Below are positions 18,234 to 26,080 of a stretch of DNA of 64,000 nucleotides, piece by piece; the first letter of the stretch is position 1; each line of letters begins with the position of its first letter. Made by a program: the position numbers and the translations under genes. The notes beneath the pieces are model-generated. The model did not search any database, had not been told where the DNA came from, and saw nothing but the letters and a program-made list of their open reading frames with translations. Source of the stretch: Clostridia bacterium. GTDB lineage: Bacteria; Bacillota; Clostridia; Oscillospirales; CAG-272. Location of the stretch: contig JAFVQU010000011.1 of assembly GCA_017504625.1 (NCBI GenBank), positions 10,035 to 74,034 on the forward strand, in the 5' to 3' direction.

Positions 18234-18901
18234 ATTACTCCTTTTTTATAAAGAATTCTTGCGACCGCAATAGTAAAGAGTACGCCGACGGGCACCATAA
18301 TGCCGACGGTGGACTGATCAAGCGCGGGAACGAAGATAAAGAGCACGAGCATAAGAAGAATGGGAGCAATCGAAAGCTTTGCGTTCTTTGAAATAAATAC
18401 TACTCCAAGACCGCCGAAGAGCGCGGGAAGTATCTGATCGAATGCGGGCTTAAGCACGGGAGAATCAAGCACGGGCGTGAGCGGCACGATAAGTATTACG
18501 CCCACGATAACAATAAATATTGTCACGATACTCGAAACGGCGATAGAGATCGTCGAGATGACCTCACCCTCCTCGCTTGAAGCCTTTACGTTTGCTCTTT
18601 CCATCGCGTCAAGAGCGCAGGGAAGCTTAAGGTTTGAAATGTTACCTGTGATAAACGCGAGATAAGTTCCGCCCGCGCCAAGCATAGGCGTGAATGTAAA
18701 TATCTCAACGATACCGACCGCCCAGTACATAGGCGCAGTTGCGATAAGTCCCTTGATAAGAACCTCACCGTTAGGCATAGCATTAAAGATTATAGAAAGC
18801 ACTGCGGGGAAAAGCAGAAAGGCAAGACCGACAACGATGCCCCAGTTACGTCCGTCGCGGTATACGCTTTCCATATACGTAAGATTTTTCTTGTTCTTCA
18901 T
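18230..18901 (-). CDS. multi-pass membrane protein, unknown function
   Basis: I prefer the ATG at 18901 (MKNKKNLTYMES...) over the longer track ORF, which would overlap the upstream gene. About 6 hydrophobic segments. Its stop overlaps the M20 start. Confidence 0.7.
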   Translation of the reverse strand: MKNKKNLTYMESVYRDGRNWGIVVGLAFLLFPAVLSIIFNAMPNGEVLIKGLIATAPMYWAVGIVEIFTFTPMLGAGGTYLAFITGNISNLKLPCALDAMERANVKASSEEGEVISTISIAVSSIVTIFIVIVGVILIVPLTPVLDSPVLKPAFDQILPALFGGLGVVFISKNAKLSIAPILLMLVLFIFVPALDQSTVGIMVPVGVLFTIAVARILYKKGVI

Positions 18902-18902
18902 A

Positions 18903-19643
18903 TCAGTTACCTCCAAGCCAAGCGGTAAAGGGAATTGCAGAAGCCATACCGATGATAAGGCTGACGGGGAGCGCGTAATCGGTAAGCCAACGGATCTTCG
19001 ACTTTGTCGCAATAGTTCCGCAGACCGCCATAACTATAGCGGATGTCGCCATAACGCAGACGGGAATAAAGCCCGATGCATCACCCTTAACGATATTTCC
19101 AACGTCACAGAAAACGTAGCCGAGGAATGCCGAGATCATACCAAGGAACATTGCATTGTTGAGGATCTCGCCCCATTTTTTGTCCTTCATACCGATCTTT
19201 GCCACGCCGCTATGTACCTTTTTTGTAAGGAAAGGAACGAGCACAACACCCGCCGCAATACCGATCGTCATAACCCACGCGACCGAAATAAATATGGAAG
19301 GATCGGCGATAGTGTTTCCAAGCTCTTGACCGACTGCCTCAAGCGCGTTACCCGCGGCAACGGTTTCGTAGGAGAGCGATCCAATGATCGAAAGACGAAG
19401 CCATGGGAGAGCAAGACCAAGGCTCTTGGAGAGCGCGATAACGCCTATAAGTATTGCAACCGCGGGCGCTATAGTGAAAATTGCCGCAGATGCGATGGTT
19501 TTTTTGATAGTCGAGCCTGCAATGCCGAGCTGCTTGGCTCTTTTTACTGCTTTTACGAGAAAGAAAACCGACTGCGCAAGCACGAGCGCGATTATCGCGC
19601 CCACGATTACGAACAAAATCGGACTGTTTACACTAAATTCCAT
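18903..19643 (-). CDS. multi-pass membrane protein (resembles the DUF5058 family from memory)
   Basis: ATG at 19643 (MEFSVNSPILFVIVG...) overlaps the PAP2 stop as ATGA. Hydrophobic throughout. Confidence 0.7.
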   Translation of the reverse strand: MEFSVNSPILFVIVGAIIALVLAQSVFFLVKAVKRAKQLGIAGSTIKKTIASAAIFTIAPAVAILIGVIALSKSLGLALPWLRLSIIGSLSYETVAAGNALEAVGQELGNTIADPSIFISVAWVMTIGIAAGVVLVPFLTKKVHSGVAKIGMKDKKWGEILNNAMFLGMISAFLGYVFCDVGNIVKGDASGFIPVCVMATSAIVMAVCGTIATKSKIRWLTDYALPVSLIIGMASAIPFTAWLGGN

Positions 19644-20572
19644 CAGATATTTCCTTTGTCCTGTCCTAATTTTGCAAACCACTTAAAAGTCATAGGCCAG
19701 AGCGCGCCGCCAGCAACTACCATAAGGAAGTAGCGAATGCATCTTGCCACGGTATTTTCGTCAAATATCGCGCCCAGCGGAGCCTTAAGACCCTCCTTAA
19801 CGAGAAGAACGATAAGCAGTCCGCCGCCAGCCTTGATAAGCTGTGCCCACCATACCGCCTTGGTGTCAAATTTTGTCCACTTGAGGTCAACGGTATATAC
19901 CACAAGAAAGCCGAACGCGCAACCGAGCAAGGTGTATCCGTTCTTTATTGCGGATTCAAGATTGTGAGGATCAGCGTCAGCAGGGAACTGCCAGAGATTG
20001 ATAAAGATGGTATACGCGATCATGATCGCCGTCATTGAAAATAGGAAGGCGTACATAACCTTAGGCGACTTTTCCGCGCGCTTGAATACGGGGTGGAGCG
20101 CAAAAATGAGTATTGCGGCAACTACGATTGAAACACCGACGTCAGCGGGTGTGTGAACGCCGAGATACATTCTCGACAGGGGTACAAGCACGCAAAGAAC
20201 GATTCCGATGATGCGCATGATATTATTTTTATTCCATCTTGCGATACCGCCGAAAAGACCTACGGAGGTCTGAGTGTGACCGCTTGGGAAGGAATATCCC
20301 GTAGCAGCCTCACGCGCCGACTCGACGATAGTGAAGTTAGGATCTTTTACCCACGGACGAGGTATTCTGAAGCACATTTTAAGGAATTGGTTTATCATAG
20401 TACCGACAAAACCGGTTGAGAGAAGATAATATCCCTCGTATTTGTTGACGCACCAGAAGAAGACCATTCCGATCACCATAAAGAGCGTTTCCTCGCCGAA
20501 AAGCGTAATAAACGAGAAAACCGCGTCAAGCACGGGGTTTCTTAGTCCCTCAAGAAAATAAAGAAATGACAT
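19643..20572 (-). CDS. PAP2-family lipid phosphatase with extra C-terminal TM segments
   Basis: Three PAP2 signature motifs: KMCFRIPRP, SFPSGHT, SRMYLGVHTPADV. About 110 additional hydrophobic residues follow the catalytic core. Confidence 0.88.
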   Translation of the reverse strand: MSFLYFLEGLRNPVLDAVFSFITLFGEETLFMVIGMVFFWCVNKYEGYYLLSTGFVGTMINQFLKMCFRIPRPWVKDPNFTIVESAREAATGYSFPSGHTQTSVGLFGGIARWNKNNIMRIIGIVLCVLVPLSRMYLGVHTPADVGVSIVVAAILIFALHPVFKRAEKSPKVMYAFLFSMTAIMIAYTIFINLWQFPADADPHNLESAIKNGYTLLGCAFGFLVVYTVDLKWTKFDTKAVWWAQLIKAGGGLLIVLLVKEGLKAPLGAIFDENTVARCIRYFLMVVAGGALWPMTFKWFAKLGQDKGNI

Positions 20573-20603
20573 TTTTTACCTCCATATAAATATAGATAAA
20601 CCA

Positions 20604-20632
20604 ATTATATCATAGATTTCAGCGATTTTCAA
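20604..20632 (-). promoter_or_regulatory. SigA-type promoter of the PAP2...M20 operon
   Basis: On the minus strand: TTGAAA, 17-nt spacer, TATAAT. Confidence 0.65.
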
Positions 20633-20702
20633 TGAAAATTATGCCAATAGTAAAAATTCTGTCGCTTATTTTTTTAAAAATGCTATCTTTTTTAGCGATT
20701 TA

Positions 20703-20731
20703 TTGACATAAAACGACAAATGTGATAAAAT
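20703..20731 (+). promoter_or_regulatory. SigA-type promoter (extended -10)
   Basis: TTGACA, 17-nt spacer, TGaTAAAAT. Confidence 0.6.
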
Positions 20732-20764
20732 AAAATCAACTTATGATTATATTTCGAGGTTCTT

Positions 20765-21586
20765 ATGGGATTTGTTGATATGATAAGTAATTTTATGCAA
20801 ATGACGTCATGGGGAATGGAAAAGCCGAAGGCGTATGGCCTTTTCCACCTTAGCTTTATGCTTATCGGCTTTGCGCTCTGCGGATTTTTGGCATGGAGAT
20901 TGCGCCGTGTGAACGAGAAGGCAAACCGTGCGATATTGCTTACCTCGGGTATTTTTTTGCTTATATGCGAGCTTTACAAGCAGCTTTTCTATACCTTTGT
21001 CGTAAACCCCGGTGAGGGATATACCTGGTGGATATTCCCGTTCCAGCTTTGCAGTATTCCTATGTATTTCTGTATAATAATCCCTTTGCTCAGAAAGGGA
21101 AAGCTTCGCCGCTCGCTCGCCAATTTCGTCGTGGCGTATAATCTGCTTGGCGGCGCGATAGCTTTTCTTGAGCCGTCGGGACTTTTCCACGAATATTGGA
21201 CGCTTACGCTTCACGCGCTTGTCTGGCATATGATGCTTGTTTTCGTTGGACTTTACGTAGGCTTTTCGGGACAGGGATGCTCGGAAAAGCGCGACTATAA
21301 GTCTGCGACTCTTACCTTCCTATCACTCTGCTGCGTTGCCTTTGCGATAAACTGCATTTTTATGAAGGCATCGGAAAACACTATTAATATGTTTTTTATC
21401 GGCCCCCGCGTATCCTCGCTTATCATCGTCAAGCAGATAGGAGAGGCTTTCGGTTGGTACGTCGGCACTCTGTGCTATATTCCCGCGGTCTGCCTTGGCG
21501 CGTTTGTCGTATATAAGATATTCTACCGCATCAATAATAAAAAGAAGGCACAAGCACCCGTGATCCGCGAAAAACAGCTTGTATAA
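20765..21586 (+). CDS. YwaF/TIGR02206 (TMEM164-like) membrane protein
   Basis: Multi-pass protein with GLFHLSFML..., FPFQLCSIPMY. A paralog-like gene lies at 55067-55774. Start codon uncertain. Confidence 0.6.
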   Translation: MGFVDMISNFMQMTSWGMEKPKAYGLFHLSFMLIGFALCGFLAWRLRRVNEKANRAILLTSGIFLLICELYKQLFYTFVVNPGEGYTWWIFPFQLCSIPMYFCIIIPLLRKGKLRRSLANFVVAYNLLGGAIAFLEPSGLFHEYWTLTLHALVWHMMLVFVGLYVGFSGQGCSEKRDYKSATLTFLSLCCVAFAINCIFMKASENTINMFFIGPRVSSLIIVKQIGEAFGWYVGTLCYIPAVCLGAFVVYKIFYRINNKKKAQAPVIREKQLV

Positions 21587-21600
21587 ATACAGATAATCTA

Positions 21601-21629
21601 TTGACTTTGCGCGTGTAAAGTGCTATACT
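21601..21629 (+). promoter_or_regulatory. SigA-type promoter upstream of the phosphonate operon leader
   Basis: TTGACT, 17-nt spacer, TATACT. Confidence 0.65.
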
Positions 21630-21635
21630 TAAACT

Positions 21636-21788
21636 GTTCAAAGAGCTTTTTGCAAAAGCACAATCTACGTGCTATGACGAGCCGTTAGGTTGACAGAGCG
21701 CCAAAAAGCGACACTGTAGAGCGGATGTATGTCCACTCTATCAAGGAATAAATTTCAAAAGCCGAGAGCAACCCCTCGGCTTTATTTT
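21636..21788 (+). promoter_or_regulatory. ~150-nt structured leader or small RNA ending in an intrinsic terminator (candidate riboswitch/attenuator)
   Basis: Hairpins gctttt-tgc-aaaagc and tagagcgga-tgtatg-tccactcta. Terminator aaagccgag-agcaaccc-ctcggcttt + atttt at 21758-21788, 20 nt before the operon start codon. Confidence 0.5.
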
Positions 21789-21808
21789 AAACGTAAGAGG
21801 AAAAACAA

Positions 21809-23818
21809 ATGAAGGCACTTATACTCAATTCGGGACTTGGACACAGAATGGGAGTTCTCACAAGCGAGCATCCCAAGTGTATGACCGAAATAACGAATAA
21901 AGATACGATACTTTCGCGTCAGCTCCGTTTAATTGCGGAGGCAGGCATTAGTGAGGTCGTAATGACCACGGGATATTATAACGAGATTCTCGTAAATTAT
22001 TGCCGCTCGCTCGGTCTTCCGTTGCATTTCACGTTTGTAAATAATCCCTTGTACGACAAGACGAACTATATTTATTCGATCTACTGCGCAAGGGAATATC
22101 TTTACGGCGACGATATCGTGCTTATGCACGGTGACCTCGTTTTCGAGGAGCAGGTATTTGAGCGCGTTATCAAGAGCGGGGAAAGCTGTATGACGGTAAG
22201 CTCCACTCTGTCGTTGCCCGAAAAGGATTTCAAGGCGGTGATACACGGCGGCAGAATAGAGAAGGTTGGAATTGAATTCTTTACCGACGCTATGGCGGCA
22301 CAGCCTCTCTATAAAATAAATGCCGATGATTTCAAGGTATGGCTTGACGAGATCGTGGCTTTTTGCGAGAGCGACAACAGAAAATGTTATGCCGAGAACG
22401 CCTTTAATAAGGTTTCGGATAAATGCAAGATATTTCCTCTTGATTTTGCCGACTCGCTTTGCGCCGAGATAGACACGCCTGAGGATCTTGCTGTTGTATC
22501 CGAAAAAGTGCGTGAGCTTGAGTCAAGAACCGTATATATGTGTTTCTCGACCGATATGCTTCATAGCGGACATATCGCTATCATCAAAAAGGCGGCAAAG
22601 CTTGGTAAGCTTACCATAGGCGTACTGTCCGACGAGGCGATCGCAAGCTATAAGCGTTTCCCACTTATGCCTTACGAGGAAAGAAGATCGCTTTTTGAGA
22701 ATATAAACGGCGTCGCAGGGGTAGTTGAGCAAAAGGAGCTTAGCTACGCGGCGAATATCCGCAAGCTTCGTCCTACCTTTGTTGTTCACGGCGACGATTG
22801 GCGCGAGGGCTTCCAGAAGCCTATTCGCGACGAGGTGGTTGAGGTTCTTGCCGAATACGGCGGAAAGCTTGTTGAATATCCTTATTCCAACGATGAAAAA
22901 TACAAGGAGCTTGAAAAAGCCTCGCGTGCGCAGATGTCGACACCCGATTTCCGCCGTTCAAGACTTTCAAAGCTTATCGCGATGAAGGGCTGCGTTTCGG
23001 CACTTGAGGCGCACAGCGGCATTACCGGACTTATAGCAGAGAACACAAAGGTGCTTCGTGACGGCAAGACCTACCAGTTTGACGCTATGTGGATATCCAG
23101 CCTTTGCGACTCTACCGCAAAGGGTAAGCCTGATATAGAGCTTGTTGATATGACCTCGCGCTTCCGTACTATCGACGATATTATGGAGGTCACGACCAAG
23201 CCGATAATTTTTGACGGCGACACGGGCGGACTTACCGAGCATTTCGTTTACACCGTCAGAAGCCTTGAAAGAATGGGCGTTTCGATGGTTATAATTGAAG
23301 ATAAGACGGGACTTAAGAAAAATTCGCTCTTCGGTACCGAGGTCGCTCAGACTCAGGATAGCATTGAAAACTTCTGCGCGAAGATCGCGGCAGGTAAAGC
23401 GGCGCAGAAAACGCGAGAGTTTATGATCTGCGCGCGTATTGAGAGCCTTATACTTGAGGCGGGAATGACCGATGCGCTCACACGCGCCTTTGCGTACGTA
23501 AAAGCGGGCGCGGATGCGATAATGATACACAGCAGAAAGAAGGATCCCGCGGAGATATTTGAGTTCGTAGAGAAATTCAGAACAGAGGACAAGACTACAC
23601 CTATCGTAGTAGTTCCCACGTCCTTCAACTCTGTAACCGAGGACGAATTCAAGGAGAGAGGCGTAAACGTAGTAATATACGCAAATCAACTCACGCGCAG
23701 CGGATTTCCCGCAATGCAGAAGGTAGCGACGACGATCCTTGAAAACCGTCGCGCCAAGGAAGCAGACGATATGTGTATGTCAATTAAGGAGATAATCACA
23801 CTCATTCCGGAGGAATAA
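21809..23818 (+). CDS. pepM: tri-domain fusion: LicC/PntC-like NTP-transferase + TagD/Fom1-type cytidylyltransferase (HxGH) + phosphoenolpyruvate mutase
   Basis: aa 1-235: MKALILNSGLGHRMG (G-rich NTP-transferase loop). aa ~243-375: CFSTDMLHSGHIAIIKKA...VVHGDDW. aa ~385-669: EAHSGITGLIAE, FDGDTGG, IIEDKTGLKKNS (PepM EDKxxxxxNS motif). Confidence 0.85.
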   Translation: MKALILNSGLGHRMGVLTSEHPKCMTEITNKDTILSRQLRLIAEAGISEVVMTTGYYNEILVNYCRSLGLPLHFTFVNNPLYDKTNYIYSIYCAREYLYGDDIVLMHGDLVFEEQVFERVIKSGESCMTVSSTLSLPEKDFKAVIHGGRIEKVGIEFFTDAMAAQPLYKINADDFKVWLDEIVAFCESDNRKCYAENAFNKVSDKCKIFPLDFADSLCAEIDTPEDLAVVSEKVRELESRTVYMCFSTDMLHSGHIAIIKKAAKLGKLTIGVLSDEAIASYKRFPLMPYEERRSLFENINGVAGVVEQKELSYAANIRKLRPTFVVHGDDWREGFQKPIRDEVVEVLAEYGGKLVEYPYSNDEKYKELEKASRAQMSTPDFRRSRLSKLIAMKGCVSALEAHSGITGLIAENTKVLRDGKTYQFDAMWISSLCDSTAKGKPDIELVDMTSRFRTIDDIMEVTTKPIIFDGDTGGLTEHFVYTVRSLERMGVSMVIIEDKTGLKKNSLFGTEVAQTQDSIENFCAKIAAGKAAQKTREFMICARIESLILEAGMTDALTRAFAYVKAGADAIMIHSRKKDPAEIFEFVEKFRTEDKTTPIVVVPTSFNSVTEDEFKERGVNVVIYANQLTRSGFPAMQKVATTILENRRAKEADDMCMSIKEIITLIPEE

Positions 23819-23820
23819 CA

Positions 23821-24936
23821 GTGAGTCAGAGAATAGTAAACGGCGTTAAGTCGTACGATGAAATAGGCAAGATAATAAGGGAATACGGAGCGGAGAAATT
23901 TATGCTCGTATGCGGCGGCTCGCTTTCGCGCCTTGAGATTGGTAAATACCTTATGGGGCTTGATATCGAGCATATCGTGTTCAGCGATTTTTCGCCCAAC
24001 CCGAATTATGAGGATATCGTTCCTGCGGTTGAGCTTTTTAAACGCGAGGGCTGTGACCTTATAGTCGCGGCAGGCGGCGGAAGCGCGATTGACGTAGCCA
24101 AGTGCATAAAGCTTTACGCGCCGCTTGATCCTACGAAGAACTATCTTGAGCAAGAGGCAAATGCAAGCGACATCCCGCTTGTAGCAATTCCTACGACTGC
24201 CGGAACGGGAAGTGAATCGACGAGATATTCGGTCATCTATTACAAGGGCGAAAAGCAGTCGGTGCATCACGCATCAATAGTTCCCGACGTGGCAATACTT
24301 TTGCCCGAGGTACTCGCGACTCTGCCGATATATCAGAAAAAATGCACTGTGCTTGACGCGCTTTGCCAGGCGATCGAGTCTTATTGGTCGGTATTCTCGA
24401 CCGATGAGTCGAAAAAGCTTGCCGATGAGGCAATAAGACTTATCTGGGCGAATATAGAGGATTATATTTTCGATCCCGCGCCCTCGCACGAAACACTTGA
24501 GAAAATAATGCTCGGCTCGTGCCTTGCGGGTCAGGCGATAAATATTACCGCAACTACTGCGCCCCACGCGATGAGCTACAAGCTCACGACAACCTACGGC
24601 TTGCCGCACGGTCACTCGGTCGGCATTTCCTTACTGAGAGTTTGGAGATATATGCTCTCGCACGGTGAAAAATGCACCGATAAGCGCGGATACGACTATC
24701 TTTTGTCTGTTTTCGGCAATATTGCCGCCGCTATGTCTTGCGAAAGCGTGGAAACCGCCCTCGCGGCATACGAAAATCTCCTTTGCAAAATGGAGATTTC
24801 CGGCCCGATACCCGAAAACAAGGAAGCTGAGGTCGCGCTTTTGGCGGGAGCGGTCAACGTCGAGCGACTCGGAAACAATCCCGTCGCGCTTGACACCGCC
24901 GCGCTCGAACAACTTTACGGAGAAATATTAAGATAA
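23821..24936 (+). CDS. iron-containing (group III) alcohol dehydrogenase; by context a phosphonoacetaldehyde reductase (PhpC/FomC-like)
   Basis: GGAGG 7 nt before the GTG. GGGSAIDVAKCI, PTTAGTGSE and His-rich metal site (HAMSY..., HGHSV). It sits between pepM and ppd. Confidence 0.75.
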   Translation: MSQRIVNGVKSYDEIGKIIREYGAEKFMLVCGGSLSRLEIGKYLMGLDIEHIVFSDFSPNPNYEDIVPAVELFKREGCDLIVAAGGGSAIDVAKCIKLYAPLDPTKNYLEQEANASDIPLVAIPTTAGTGSESTRYSVIYYKGEKQSVHHASIVPDVAILLPEVLATLPIYQKKCTVLDALCQAIESYWSVFSTDESKKLADEAIRLIWANIEDYIFDPAPSHETLEKIMLGSCLAGQAINITATTAPHAMSYKLTTTYGLPHGHSVGISLLRVWRYMLSHGEKCTDKRGYDYLLSVFGNIAAAMSCESVETALAAYENLLCKMEISGPIPENKEAEVALLAGAVNVERLGNNPVALDTAALEQLYGEILR

Positions 24937-26042
24937 TGAAGCTTGATTTTTTAGATAAATACGAATATTTTACGGGCGTGCCCGACTCGCTCCTCTCACC
25001 GCTTTGCAATTATCTTTTTGATAAGTACGGCATAGGTGACAGACATATCATTGCGGCAAACGAGGGCAACGCGGTCGGACTTGCGGCAGGATATCACCTT
25101 GCAACCGGCAAAACTCCCGTCGTTTACCTGCAGAATAGCGGACTTGGAAACATAATCAATCCCGTGGCGTCGCTTCTTAACGATAAGGTCTACGGCATAC
25201 CCTGTCTATTTATAGTTGGTTGGCGCGGCGAGCCGGGCATACACGACGAGCCCCAGCATATCTATCAGGGCGAGGTCACACTCAAGCTCCTTGAGGATAT
25301 GGATATAGAGGTGTTCGTTCTTTCAAAAGACACTACCGAGGACGAGCTTTCTGTTGCGCTCACGCGCTTTGAGGATCGCTTCAAGATCGGCAAGCAGGCG
25401 GCGATAGTCGTCAAGAAGGGCGCGCTTGAGTTTGATGAAAAGATAAAGTTCACAAATGATCATGTAATGACACGCGAAAGCATAATCGAGCGCGTTACTC
25501 GCGTCACGGGCGACGATATCATCGTTTCAACCACGGGTAAGGCGTCGCGTGAGCTTTTTGAGATACGCGAGGGAGTTGACGGCGACCACAGCCGTGATTT
25601 TCTTACGGTAGGCTCGATGGGACACAGCTCGTCTATCGCGCTTGGAATTGCGCAGAGAAAGCCTGAGCGCAAAATATGGGTGCTTGACGGCGACGGCGCG
25701 GCTCTTATGCACCTCGGCGCAATGGCCACTCTTGGAGCAAATTCGCCTCGAAACGTGGTACATGTCGTGATAAATAATGCCTCGCACGAAACAGTGGGCG
25801 GACTTCCCACGGTCGCAGGTAAGATCGACCTTGTCAAAATAGCCGAGGGCTGCGGATATAGCCGTGCGGTTAGTGTTGACACTCCCGACGCGCTTGATAA
25901 AGCTCTCGCGGAGGCTAAAGTAGCAGATGAGCTTTGCTTTATCGAGGTCAAGTCCTCAATTGGCGCACGCGCCGACCTCGGCAGACCGACAACTACCGCA
26001 AAAGAGAACAAAGAGAAATTTATGGAATTTCTCGCAAAATAA
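24936..26042 (+). CDS. ppd: phosphonopyruvate decarboxylase (ThDP-dependent)
   Basis: TAATG overlap with the ADH gene. YFTGVPDSLLSPLCNY, NEGNAVGLAAGY, GDGAALMHLGAMATLG (ThDP motif), NNASHETVGG. Confidence 0.88.
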   Translation: MKLDFLDKYEYFTGVPDSLLSPLCNYLFDKYGIGDRHIIAANEGNAVGLAAGYHLATGKTPVVYLQNSGLGNIINPVASLLNDKVYGIPCLFIVGWRGEPGIHDEPQHIYQGEVTLKLLEDMDIEVFVLSKDTTEDELSVALTRFEDRFKIGKQAAIVVKKGALEFDEKIKFTNDHVMTRESIIERVTRVTGDDIIVSTTGKASRELFEIREGVDGDHSRDFLTVGSMGHSSSIALGIAQRKPERKIWVLDGDGAALMHLGAMATLGANSPRNVVHVVINNASHETVGGLPTVAGKIDLVKIAEGCGYSRAVSVDTPDALDKALAEAKVADELCFIEVKSSIGARADLGRPTTTAKENKEKFMEFLAK

Positions 26043-26080
26043 AGAAATCGGTTGGCATAATGCCAACCGATTTCTTTTTT
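26043..26080. terminator. bidirectional terminator
   Basis: agaaatcggttggca-taa-tgccaaccgatttct flanked by A/T runs. Confidence 0.85.
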
